Of a stretch of DNA of 64,000 bases, positions 53,814 to 64,000 are shown in pieces. A program made the translations under genes and the position numbers. Location: contig NC_045697.1 in assembly GCF_009834535.1 (NCBI RefSeq), forward strand, positions 107,882,001 through 107,946,000, in the 5' to 3' direction. A model generated the notes under the pieces. That model ran no database searches and was not told where the DNA came from. It worked only from the letters and a program-made list of their open reading frames with translations. Source of the stretch: Camelus ferus. Its lineage: Eukaryota. How positions within the stretch are numbered: the first letter of the stretch is position 1; every line of letters begins with the position of its first letter.

Positions 53814-56800
53814 CTGTAAAGGAAAAAAAAATTATATAAAACCTCTAAAAACTGAAAGATCAGCATTTTGAAGGCAAATATGAAACTGTCACCCTCTGCC
53901 TCCTCTGAGACGTCGACTGGTACTTCCCCAAACACAGAGCTGTCACCAGAAAATTCCGATCACTTTCAGTAAACAGCAAGAATCCTACTTCTACGCTGTC
54001 ACCGTACATTTACAGAGCATTTTGTCAGAGGAATGAACATGCTGCAGAGCCTGGACTTTGTGGGCCCGAGGACAGTGGAACTCGCCACCCCCCAAGCTCA
54101 GTGTCAGCCCTGCGTCCCCTACAACCGTTCTTCCCGAGCTGCACGCCCGGCCGAGTTTACTGCCCGGCCTCTCTTCTGCTGCAGGTCCTGGCGATCGCTA
54201 GAATAAGAAGGCAGGAAAGGAGCAAATCAAGAAGCAACAAACAGAACATATTACTTCTGCAAAACCAAAAGTGGATCATAACTGTATCCATCTTCACATC
54301 AGCCCCAGAGGTGACAGAAGTGGTTTTCACGTGTTTCCAAAACGAGGAAGAACATAGACAGGTGATCTATTGAGACCACTAACCGGAGGAGGGAGCCGCC
54401 AGGCCGCTGAGCTGACCCTGAGCCTCATCTTGCTCTGTGAAAACAATCAGCTGGGTTGGCTCACCAAGGAGAGGTGTCTGAAGACGCCTCTACTGTTCCT
54501 GCCCTCTGGACCGCCGGCTTTGAGAGTCAGGGGCCGCAGGCCCCGTTCTCTGTGACTAGAGCTTCGTCAGTGCTGCGTCGCTGCAGCTGCCTGGTTAGTC
54601 TGGGTGGATGGACTCTCCCATCACTACGTGGACTTTAAAAAAAAAAATCACACAGGAACGCTCACCCTTTATCATATGTTCACCCTTAAATATGAGAATT
54701 GCCACAAATCTGCTTAAGAGGAAACCCATGGCACCCATCAATTTACACACAGTGGCTAACCACCAGCTCTCATGGATTTGGCAGAACCGAGAAATTCAGC
54801 TAAGTCCACCCTCTGTTACTCAATAAGGAAAATAAAAACATGTTCCAGCAGGTAGGGGAGGCTGGAGTTTCCAAATGCAGAGGGACCACGTTCTAAGCAG
54901 CAGATTTGCCCTACCTGCTGACATTCAAATCAAGCCGACTTTCCTTGAAATATTCCTTTTTCACTTTTTACTGCAGGTAAGGCTCTCACCCTCGCCGCTT
55001 CCAGAGACCCTTCATTAACCAAGAGATCTTTCAGGAAAGATACAATATGGGGAAGAAGACCTACTGACAAAAGTGCTGTCAAAGCTGCGCTACTGCAGAG
55101 GCTGTAACACCCACACAGGGCACGCAGCTGCTGAAGGAGACAGTCCATAATTAAAAAAAAAACCTACGTGCCCTCAATAACAGATGCAGCCTCCAAGGAC
55201 AAGCCTGCTGAATGGTCTCGTCATCTCCTGAACCTCTTTTCAAGCCGATGCCATCATTCTGTTCATGCTAAACCAGGGCAAAGGCCACCGCAGCAGCCAA
55301 AGCTTGTCTACAGATAAAGGCAAATACAGGCGGCACAAAGACAAAGTTCTGCTTAACTTAGGGAAAAGCACTCAGACTTCCACAATGGCACACAAACCAC
55401 TGGGAGGTAGGAAAAACCGCGATCCGGCCCAAATCAGACAAGCAGAGTTCCCTTTGCTTTAATCCAGCCGGCTGGCCCGCTGGTGAAGAGAGCTGTCAGG
55501 GGGAGGACTCCGCCTGGCCAAGGAAAGGCTTTCTAAATCCACCTAGAAATACAGCACTTGAACTCCCAGGCCTGGCTGAGTTGCTGAGACGTGATGAATA
55601 TCTATTCCTCTACCCTTGGGTGGTTTTTGTATTGGATGGATAACACGGCCAGTCAGACTTCAGTTTGTCTTCTCGTGTCAGTGCCGTGATGAAGCCTCTC
55701 CGGGCTGGCGCTGTACTTCACTGGGGGCTCCATGGTTTCAGTACACAACGTGCGGCAGGCGGGCGGGGCTGGGGGAGGCTGAGCTGCTGCCACCCAGAGA
55801 TGACGGATCGATGGAACGTCACGTGTGGGCTGCCCGCTCTGGCTCTTTAGATCTGAAGCCCGCTTCTCAGGAAAAAAAAAACACACAGCATTCTAGGTAA
55901 GGCCTTCTTCATTTTTCTGAGATTGGTGAATGCTAATAAGCTTGGCACAAATCTCTGAAGTCCCTGGTGGACAAGGCAGGGTAGCTATCGAGTTTTCTCA
56001 GGACACTGTGGACCAGTCATTCCCCTATGTGAAAACTGTATTACGGGCAATGCAGAAAGGCCACTGCGTTAGGGGACCCTTCTCAGAGGCAACCAGCCAG
56101 CACTAATCTTCCACACATCAGATAGAGCTGAGACTTCAGCTACAGCGGCCAAGTCTCCTGCTCAGCTGCAGCTCTGGCTGTTCCCTCAGAGCGAGCCAAA
56201 GCAGCACGGACACCGGCCTGTCTTCTCTATAATACCAGACACTCTTCACAGCTCTGAGACCGTAGAGCATCCTTTTCACATTTTAATCAGATTTCCCAAA
56301 GCATTCGATTACACCCAGAGCCAATGCCAGGCCAGCCTCTCAGACGTTGACAGGAAACTTCTGCTGCCAGTGGGTCTGTCGGCTGATCACTGTGTCGTCG
56401 CTGGGGTGAGACAAGGCAGAGGGGTCACCTGCCTTCCCTGAGGCTCTGGGAAGAATCCGATTCCCCCTGCATCGGGCCTGCAAGCCAGGTGCCCCGAAGC
56501 TGCCTTGTTCATTCTACCTTCAGAGATGACAAATGCTGGAAGGCTGTCCTGTTGGAATGGGATGAAGGCTGACTTCTCAACTGCCATTCCTGTTCTAAGC
56601 CACATGCCCTGGGAACCTGATGATAGGGCAGAATGCAGCTGGACTATATTTAGAAGTAGAACGGAACTGGACAGACACAGCTGCCTGGTGGTAGAGTCAG
56701 GGAAGAAAAAGGCCACGGAGCACACGTTGCGGAACAGCTGGTTGTGTGGCCGTGGGTGACCCGGCGGCTACGGGGACCCCGGATTTATTGCCTGAATACC

Positions 56801-56889
56801 TGCTACCTGAAGATGAGCAGCCAGCCCTGCGGGGGGCTGCACATGGCTGTGGCTGCTGTGGGTAACGTTCATAATGGCCTTACCAGCAA

Positions 56890-57090
56890 CAGTAACGGGT
56901 GCCAGCACTGTCCTAAGTGCATTCTCTACATTAACTCCTTTAATCCCAACACCAACTATCAGCCAAGGTACCAGTGGAATCCTCTTTCACGGATGAGGAC
57001 ACACTGAGCACTAACTTGCTTGAGGTCGCACAGCAACAGAGCAGTAGAGTTGGGGCTCAGATCTCTGTGGCCTGTGCTCTTAGGCTCCGT
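56890..57090 (-). mobile_element. MIR remnant
   Basis: gtgccagcactgtcctaagtgc...tttaatccc...ggatgaggacacactgag...taacttgcttgaggtcgcacagc. Confidence 0.65.
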
Positions 57091-58413
57091 GTTGTGCTGC
57101 CTCTGATGAAGAAAGGTCCCATTCCCTCCTGGGGCCTGACACTGAGCTCCCACTGGGCCGGGCACGACGTAAAGCAACCAGCTCATCCAAAGAATGCACC
57201 TTCCCACCACTTCCATTATTTTACCTGATAGCTGCCAGCTGTTCAAAGGTTCCTAACATGTTAAAAAATGTCGCAAAGGCCCTCAGCAATTAGCTTAGAA
57301 ACAAGGAGAAAACGGCAAGCATGGGTTCTGCCGTTGCCAGGGTACACCTAGACCACGTGGCACTCTCCGCTGTGGCTTGCCACATAGCTGTTCCCAGACC
57401 AGGAAAGAGGATGGTGGGGCCGCCCTCACCCCCACAGTACAGGGCTCCCAGGGGACAGGAGCCCTCCCACACGTCCTGTGGAGTCGTTTTGCCGAGGGAG
57501 GCGCCTGCAGGACCAGCACCACCTGCCGCCTGGGAGGAGGGCCTGGCATCTGCCTATCAGGGGCTCCGTGGTTCCCTGTCATTCCTGTGACGTTTGTCAC
57601 TCTTACAAACTGAGAGAGACAGAACGCAGGCCCAACAACTTGGTGAAAAATGTCCCTGAAAATAACATCAGATGCTAGAGTTGGGGTAGAAATGGAAATT
57701 AAGGAAGGCGACCCCAGGAGAGTGGTGGGTCTAGGGCAGAAACCAAGGGCAGATGAAGGACTGGGGTGTTCGGTGTAGGGGGGAAAGCGGGCCTGGGTCT
57801 ACGATGTGAATGGGACCTGCTTTTTACAGAAACAGGGAGTGGCTGTGAAATCTCTTAGTGAGTGAGGGGAAAAAAAAAAAAAAAAAAGCAGCATCCAGAG
57901 GAGTTGTCAGCAGGGAAAAACAAAAGGTGGTGAATTGGGGTGTGAGGCCAGCACAGGAAACATCACTCTCCACTTGGGTGTGTCAGCAAGAAGTCGGAAC
58001 CCTGACCCACCACTGCCACTTTCAATAACATCTGCAGAAGCTCTGAAATTGACTGAAACACCAAGTGTGCGACCTCTAGTCTGTCTCAGGAGTGCATGAT
58101 TCGAGAAGTCTATAGTTCTGTTTTGGTCCCACAATTTCCACCTCTAGGTCAGGTTCCCGGAGGGCTTGGGAGCCCCTAAAATCTGAGTGAAACTCTGGTC
58201 TCAGCAATTTCTCCTGTGCTCTGTTCCCAGCAAAGCCGGGAAGTACACACATCTGAGCTGGGCTCAGGGTATTGGCTCCGCTCAGGGAAAAGGGTTTACA
58301 TTCTCTGCGATGCAGCAACTCTAGAAGAGACATTGAGGGGAAACCAACTTAGGAGTGGGACTTTCCTTGGATAATCAAAATTCAAATAATTCAGGTAATA
58401 AAAGTTGACAGCA

Positions 58414-59600
58414 GGAGACAGAGAAGATGGCGGAGTAGAAGGACGCTCACAGGTCACCCTCTCCCACAAATACACCAAGACCCACATCTACAGACCCACT
58501 CAGCCAACCAGAGCACCTGTGGAACTCCGACAGAACATCGCCCTCTTCAAAAGATAAAGACGCCAAAAATCTAGTAGGAGAAAAGGAAAAACGAAAGAAC
58601 AAAAGGCAAAGCAGCGCGGGACGGGTCCCGCGGGGAGGGAGCGGCAAAGGAGGACTGGCGCTCGCTCGCTGGGTCTCCCCTCTCCAACTGAGAGGCCAGC
58701 TGGACGGAGGGGGAGCCTCCGAGGCTCGGATCTGTACAGAGCAGCCCTTGACTAACAGAACTAAGTTAAACGGGCACAGAGCGTCCCCCCGACACCCAGC
58801 CTGAGACACGGGCAGGCAGCCGCGGGCAGGGCCAGGCTGCACAAGCCGGGTGGAGGACGGAAGTGGCTGCACGGAGGCAGCCCCGGGGGAATGCAAGGGG
58901 CTGCGCGCCGTGGCTGTGGGTGCACAGGGCAGAACAACCTGGGCCCTCCATAAAACAGCAAGGTTGATGTGCTCTCGGGGGAAGGGTGCACACCCCCATC
59001 TCTGAAAACCCGCCGGAAGGTTTTCCGGGGAAGACAGGTGGGGCTCAGGCACAGCCGCCATATCCTCCTCGCTGAGCACTCAGGCGGGGGCGGGGCGAAA
59101 CCTGCATCCACACCGAAGGGCTTAGCAGCCTCAAAGGCCAGACTGAGACTGGCCTGCAGCCCAGGGCAGATAGGATCCTTCCATCCTGGTCCCTCAGAGA
59201 ACTTGCTCCACAAAGACAAACAAGGAGCTGGGTTTTGGCTCGGAGCAGGGACAGGGCTGTGCCTCGGTCTTCCCCGAGCCCACCTGCGGAGCGCCAACCA
59301 GGGCGGAGGGCGCAGCCGCACAGAGCGGAACTACCAGCGGCGCAGGTAGAGGGAGAGCGGCCCCCACCCCCCCGCCTTTCGGGCAAGAACACAGCCCCTG
59401 ACCGAGGTGCTGTGAGGGGGCACGACCCGCCCTCCTACCTGGCCAGTCTGCAACTTCTGACTGCGGCATCCGGAGGGGCAGCGACTCGCCCGCCCACAGC
59501 AGAGAGCTGCACCTGACCCATTGTTAGGAGGAGGCGCGATCGGCTTGCCGACAGGTGCTGGGAGCAGCACAGAAGAGGGCGCCAACGGAGGGCCTCTGAA
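58414..59600 (+). promoter_or_regulatory. L1 internal promoter / CpG-rich 5' UTR with YY1 site
   Basis: AAGATGGCGG at 58424-58433, about 10 nt from the element start as in other mammalian L1s; many undecayed CpGs. Confidence 0.8.
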
Positions 59601-60082
59601 AACAGCAAGCTGACCTTCCAAAACAGGACGAAGACAGAAAGACTTCACATTAAAAGCACACAGACTCCAGGAGAACACCGACAAACCCCCCCCCCCTTTT
59701 TTTTTAAAATCTGTTTTTACCTGTTCTATTTTCTATTACTCTCTTAATCTTTACTTCTTAATTCATTTCTATTTCTCTTGGGTTTTGATGTCCTGCTATT
59801 GATTAGACACAGGTTTCAAATACATCTATTCATCTCCCCCCCCCCTTTTTTTTGTAAAGTTTTTAAAAGGACGTCTCAACCCGATTAATACTCTGCTTCA
59901 ACTCACTCTTTTATTATTCATTATACACTGTTTTCAAACCCTCTTTCTTCCTTCTTTTAAAATTCTTTCTCTCTATTTTTTTTCTTTTTTTTCCTAAGTT
60001 CTATTCCTAAATAGGCATCAGATAGATAAAATCCTTAAGGACCAAAATAAACAACTGATACTCCATAAAGTGCCAAAGAGGT

Positions 60083-60986
60083 ATGAGCAAGATGAAGAAG
60101 CAGAAAAACCTTTCCCAATTAAAAGAACAAGAGAAATCCCCTGAAAGAAAGATCAACGAAATAGACATCGATAGCCTACTAGATCAAGATTTCAAAAAAG
60201 GAGTGATCGAATTGCTGAAGGAATTAAAAGAGATAGTGTTTAGAGATATAAAATATGTCAAAAATGAAATTGAAGCTATAAAGAAGAGCCAAGTAGAATG
60301 GGCAAACTCATTGACAGAGATGAGGAATGATCTAATAGCTGTGCAAAGCCGACTAGATAATGCAGAGGAACAAATTAGTGATCTAGAAGACAGGGCAATA
60401 GAAAGCACCCATTCAGAAGAACTACAAGAGAAGCAAATAAAAAATAATGAAAATAGCATAAGGGACCTATGGGATAATATAAAGCGTCCCAATCTTCGCA
60501 TAATAGGGGTCCCAGAAGGAGAAGAAAGATCAAAGGGGATTGAAAAGGTTTTTGAAGAAATCATGACTGAAAACTTCCCAAACTTAAAGAAGGAATCAGA
60601 TATCCAAGTACAGGAAGCTCAGAGGGTCCCAAACAGGAAGAACCCAAATAGACCCACACCAAGACATATCATAATCAAGATGGCCAGAGTCAAGGATAAA
60701 GAAATGATTCTAAAGGCAGCAAGAGAAAAGCAAAGAGTAAGTTACAAGGGAACCCCCATAAGGCTCTCAGCTGATTTCTCTACACAAACACTACAGGCCA
60801 GAAGGGAGTGGCAAGATATATTCAAAGCCCTGAATGAAAAAAAGATGCAGCCTAGGATCCTTTATCCAGCAAGGCTATCCTTGAGGATACAAGGAGAAAT
60901 AAAGAGTTTCACAGACAAAAAAAAAGCTGCAGGAGTTTAGCAACACTAAACCCATGCTAAAAGAAATACTGAAAGGGCTATTCTAA
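60083..60986 (+). CDS. L1 ORF1p (~300 aa if corrected), with a +1 frameshift in the A9 run at 60917-60925
   Basis: Coiled-coil heptads and motifs NLRIIGVPE, TPRHIIIK, ARREW, YPARLS; removing one A gives ...DKKKLQEFSNTKPMLKEILKGLF* ending at 60986. Confidence 0.9.
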
Positions 60987-61390
60987 ATAGAAAAGCAGCA
61001 GGATGCTACAGAAATGAGAAACACACAACTGGAAAGGTGATAACTCATGAATTACAAATAAAGTAAACATGAAATTATAAAAGAAGACATACAAATCACT
61101 GAGAGTGGGAGAGGGAGGCAGGGAAGTATAGAATATTTTTTTCTTTCTTTTTAAATTTTTTTTAACAGTAGGATGGGTTTGAGATCATGTTACTATCAGT
61201 TTAATAAAAACAGTTATAGTAATGGGTTGACAGATTTACAAAAAAGGGTAACCACAAGCCAAAAATTTACAAAGGAGTCACAAAAAGTAAATAGAATCCA
61301 TGATAATACAAAGGAAAATTACCAAACCACAAAAGGAAGAAGAAAGGAACAAAGAGGATATACCAATTCAACTGCAAAGATAAGTTCAAA

Positions 61391-64000
61391 ATGGCAATAA
61401 ACACACATCTATCATTAATTACTGTAAATGTTAACGGACTAAATGCTCCAGTCAAAAGACACAGAGTGGCAGACTGGATAATAAAGCAAGAACCTTCAAT
61501 ATGCTGCATACAAGAGACCCACTTTAGGGAGAAGGACACATATAAATTGAGAGTGAAAGGATGGAAAAGGATATTCCATGCAAATGGAAAAGCCAAAAAA
61601 GCAGGTGTTGCAGTACTGATTTCAGACAAAATAGACTTTAAAACAAAGGCCATAAAGAAAGATAAAGAAGGACATTTTATAATGATTAAAGGAGGGATAC
61701 ATGATGAGGATATTACACTCGTTAATATATATGCACCCAATATAGGAGCACCTAAGTACATACAAGAATTACTAACAGAGATAAAGGGGGATATTGATGG
61801 GAATACAATCATAGTTGGAGATCTTAACACTGCATTAACATCACTAGACAGATCTTCCAGACAGAAAATAAACAAGGCAACAGAGAAATTAAATACTACA
61901 ATAGAAAAACTAGATTTGGTGGATATTTTCAGAGCATTACACCCCCCAAAAATAGGATATACATTCTTTTCAAGTGCACATGGAACATTTTCCAGGATCG
62001 ATCATGTACTTGGGCACAAAAGAAACCTCAACAATTTTAAGAAGATAGAAATTATCTCAAGCATCTTTACTGACCACAATGCCATGAAACTGGAAATCAA
62101 CAATAGAGAAACAAAGGAGAAAAAAAGGAAAGCATGGAGATTAAACAATATGTTATTGAAAAACAATGGATCAATGAGGAAATCAAAGCTGAAATTAAAA
62201 AATACCTTGAGACAAATGATAATGAAAGCACAACCACTCAAAACCTATGGGACACAGCAAAGGCAATGCTAAGAGGGAAGTTTATAGCGATACAGGCCTT
62301 CCTCAAAAAAGAAGAACAATCTCAAATAAACAACTTAACCCACCACCTGAATGAATTAGAAAAAGAAGAACAAAAAGCCCCAAAAAGCAGCAGAAGGAAG
62401 GAAATAATAAAGATCAGAGAGGAATTAAATACAATAGAGATTAACAAGACCATAGAAAAAATCAACCAAACCAAAAGCTGGTTTTTTGAAAAAGTAAATA
62501 AAATCGACAAACCTCTGGCCAAACTCACAAAGAAGAAAAAAGAGAGAGCACAAGTTAGCAAAATAAGAAAGGAAAATGGAGAAATTACAACAAACAAAAT
62601 AGAAATGCAGAATATCATACGAGAATATTATGAAAAACTATATGGAACCAAACTGGATAACCTAGAGGAGATGGACAAGTTTCTGGAAACATACTGTCCA
62701 CCAAAACTGAATCAAGAAGAATCTGAACACTTGAACAATCCGATCACTAGAAAGGAAATAGAAATAGCAATTAAAAACCTCCCTACAAATAAAAGTCCAG
62801 GACCGGACGGCTTCACCGGGGAATTCTACCAAACATACAAAGAAGAACTCATACCAGTCCTTCTCAAACTCTTCCAGACGATTGAAAAGGAGGGAATACT
62901 CCCAAACTCATTCTATGAAGCCACCATCACCCTGATACCAAAACCAGGCAAAGACACTACAAAAAAAGAGAATTATAGGCCAATATCACTGATGAACATA
63001 GACGCCAAAATCCTCACCAAAATTTTAGCAAATAGAATCCAACGACACATAAAAAAGATTATACATCATGACCAAGTGGGGTTCATCCCAGGGACACAAG
63101 GCTGGTTCAACATACGCAAATCAATCAGTGTGATACATCACATCAACAAGAGAAAGGACAAAAACCACATGATCATCTCAATCGATGCAGAAAAAGCATT
63201 TGATAAAATTCAACACCCATTTATGATAAAAACTCTCGCCAAAGTGGGTATAGAGGGAACATATCTCAACATAATAAAAGCTATATATGACAAACCTACA
63301 GCCAGCATAGTACTCAACGGTGAAAAACTCAAAAGCTTCCCATTAAAATCTGGGACAAGACAAGGATGCCCACTATCACCACTCCTATTCAACATAGTCC
63401 TGGAAGTCCTAGCCATAGCAGTCAGGCAAGAGAAAGAAATAAAAGGGATCCAAATTGGAAAAGAAGAGGTAAAAGTGTCATTATATGCTGATGACATGTT
63501 ACTATATGTAGAAAACCCTAAAAGGTCCACACAAAAGCTACTAGAGCTGATTGAAGAATTCAGCAAGGTAGCAGGTTACAAAATTAACGTTCAAAAATCA
63601 GTTGCATTTCTTTACACTAACGATAAATCAACAGAAGAAGAAAGTAAAGAAACAATCCCCTTTAAAATAGCACCCAAAATAATAAAATATCTGGGAATAA
63701 ATCTAACCAAGGAGGTGAAAGAATTATACACAGAAAACGATAAACCACTGATGAAGGAAATTAAAGAAGACTTTAAAAAATGGAAAGATATTCCATGCTC
63801 TTGGATTGGAAGAATCAATATTGTTAAAATGGTCACACTGCCCAAGGCAATCTACAGATTTAATGCAATCCCTATCCAATTACCCAGGACAGATTTCACA
63901 GAACTAGAACAAATCATAATAAAATTCATATGGAACCATCAAAGACCTAGAATTGCCAAAGCATTACTGAAGAGAAAGAAAGAGGCTGGAGGAATAACTC
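61391..64000 (+). CDS. L1 ORF2p (APE endonuclease + reverse transcriptase), partial, with a -1 frameshift at ~62159-62164
   Basis: EN motifs NVNGLN, QETH, NIYAP, GDLN, RIDH, TDH; after the shift the frame QWINEEIK...SPGPDGF...YRPISL...QGCPLSP...YADD...KYLG reads stop-free to the window end. Confidence 0.92.

Larger units (their letters stand above)
58414..64000 (+). mobile_element. Young LINE-1 with intact 5' end, cut off by the window edge, in a GATB intron and antisense to GATB
   Basis: Starts GGAGACAGAGAAGATGGCGG after an A-rich candidate TSD AAAAGTTGACAGCA (58400-58413); CpG-rich 5' UTR, ORF1, spacer, ORF2 with endonuclease and RT domains. Confidence 0.96.

Noticed and set aside
34700..58400. 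Numerous 60-175 aa Pro/Gly/Ser/Arg-rich ORFs in UTR and introns
   Set aside because: No recognisable domains, many begin at non-ATG codons, and their density fits chance in GC-rich mammalian DNA.
53814..58400. Possible further upstream GATB exon
   Set aside because: I found no minus-strand segment encoding the expected preceding GatB peptide with splice sites; it probably lies beyond the L1, outside the window.
60184..63845. Hydrophobic minus-strand ORFs (126, 202, 98, 118 aa and others) over the L1
   Set aside because: Antisense shadows of A-rich L1 ORF1/ORF2, a common artefact.
1..64000. Search for CRISPR arrays, operons, retron/DGR-like or other novel RT systems
   Set aside because: No regularly spaced repeats or prokaryotic gene organisation; the only RT is a standard LINE-1 ORF2.

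Overview
Mammalian genomic DNA, probably camelid (alpaca/llama/camel), inferred from two tRNA-Ala-derived SINEs resembling the camelid vic-1 family. Nothing prokaryotic is present (no operons, CRISPR, rRNA or true tRNA). The window holds the 3' halves of two convergent spliced genes. FHIP1A/FAM160A1 (+) has seven coding exons from 958 to the stop at 33597, then a probable ~7 kb 3' UTR. GATB/PET112 (-) has its last four coding exons from 53813 to the stop at 41201. Candidate poly(A) signals for both genes cluster within ~60 bp at ~40.63-40.69 kb. All exon phases join into continuous reading frames. Introns carry a nested LINE-1 cluster, ERV solo LTRs, MER44/MER58/MER5 DNA transposon relics, MIRs and SINEs. 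From ~58414 to the window end lies a young LINE-1 with an intact 5' end, antisense to GATB. Its only visible lesions are two 1-nt indels at A-runs; it also has a YADD RT motif, a ~400-nt inter-ORF spacer and a 204-codon antisense ORF in its 5' UTR. I found no convincing new biological system; the L1 features and the shared 3' end zone are the best leads. Most ORFs in the supplied track are noise. Repeat family names come from recalled consensus sequences, not a database search.
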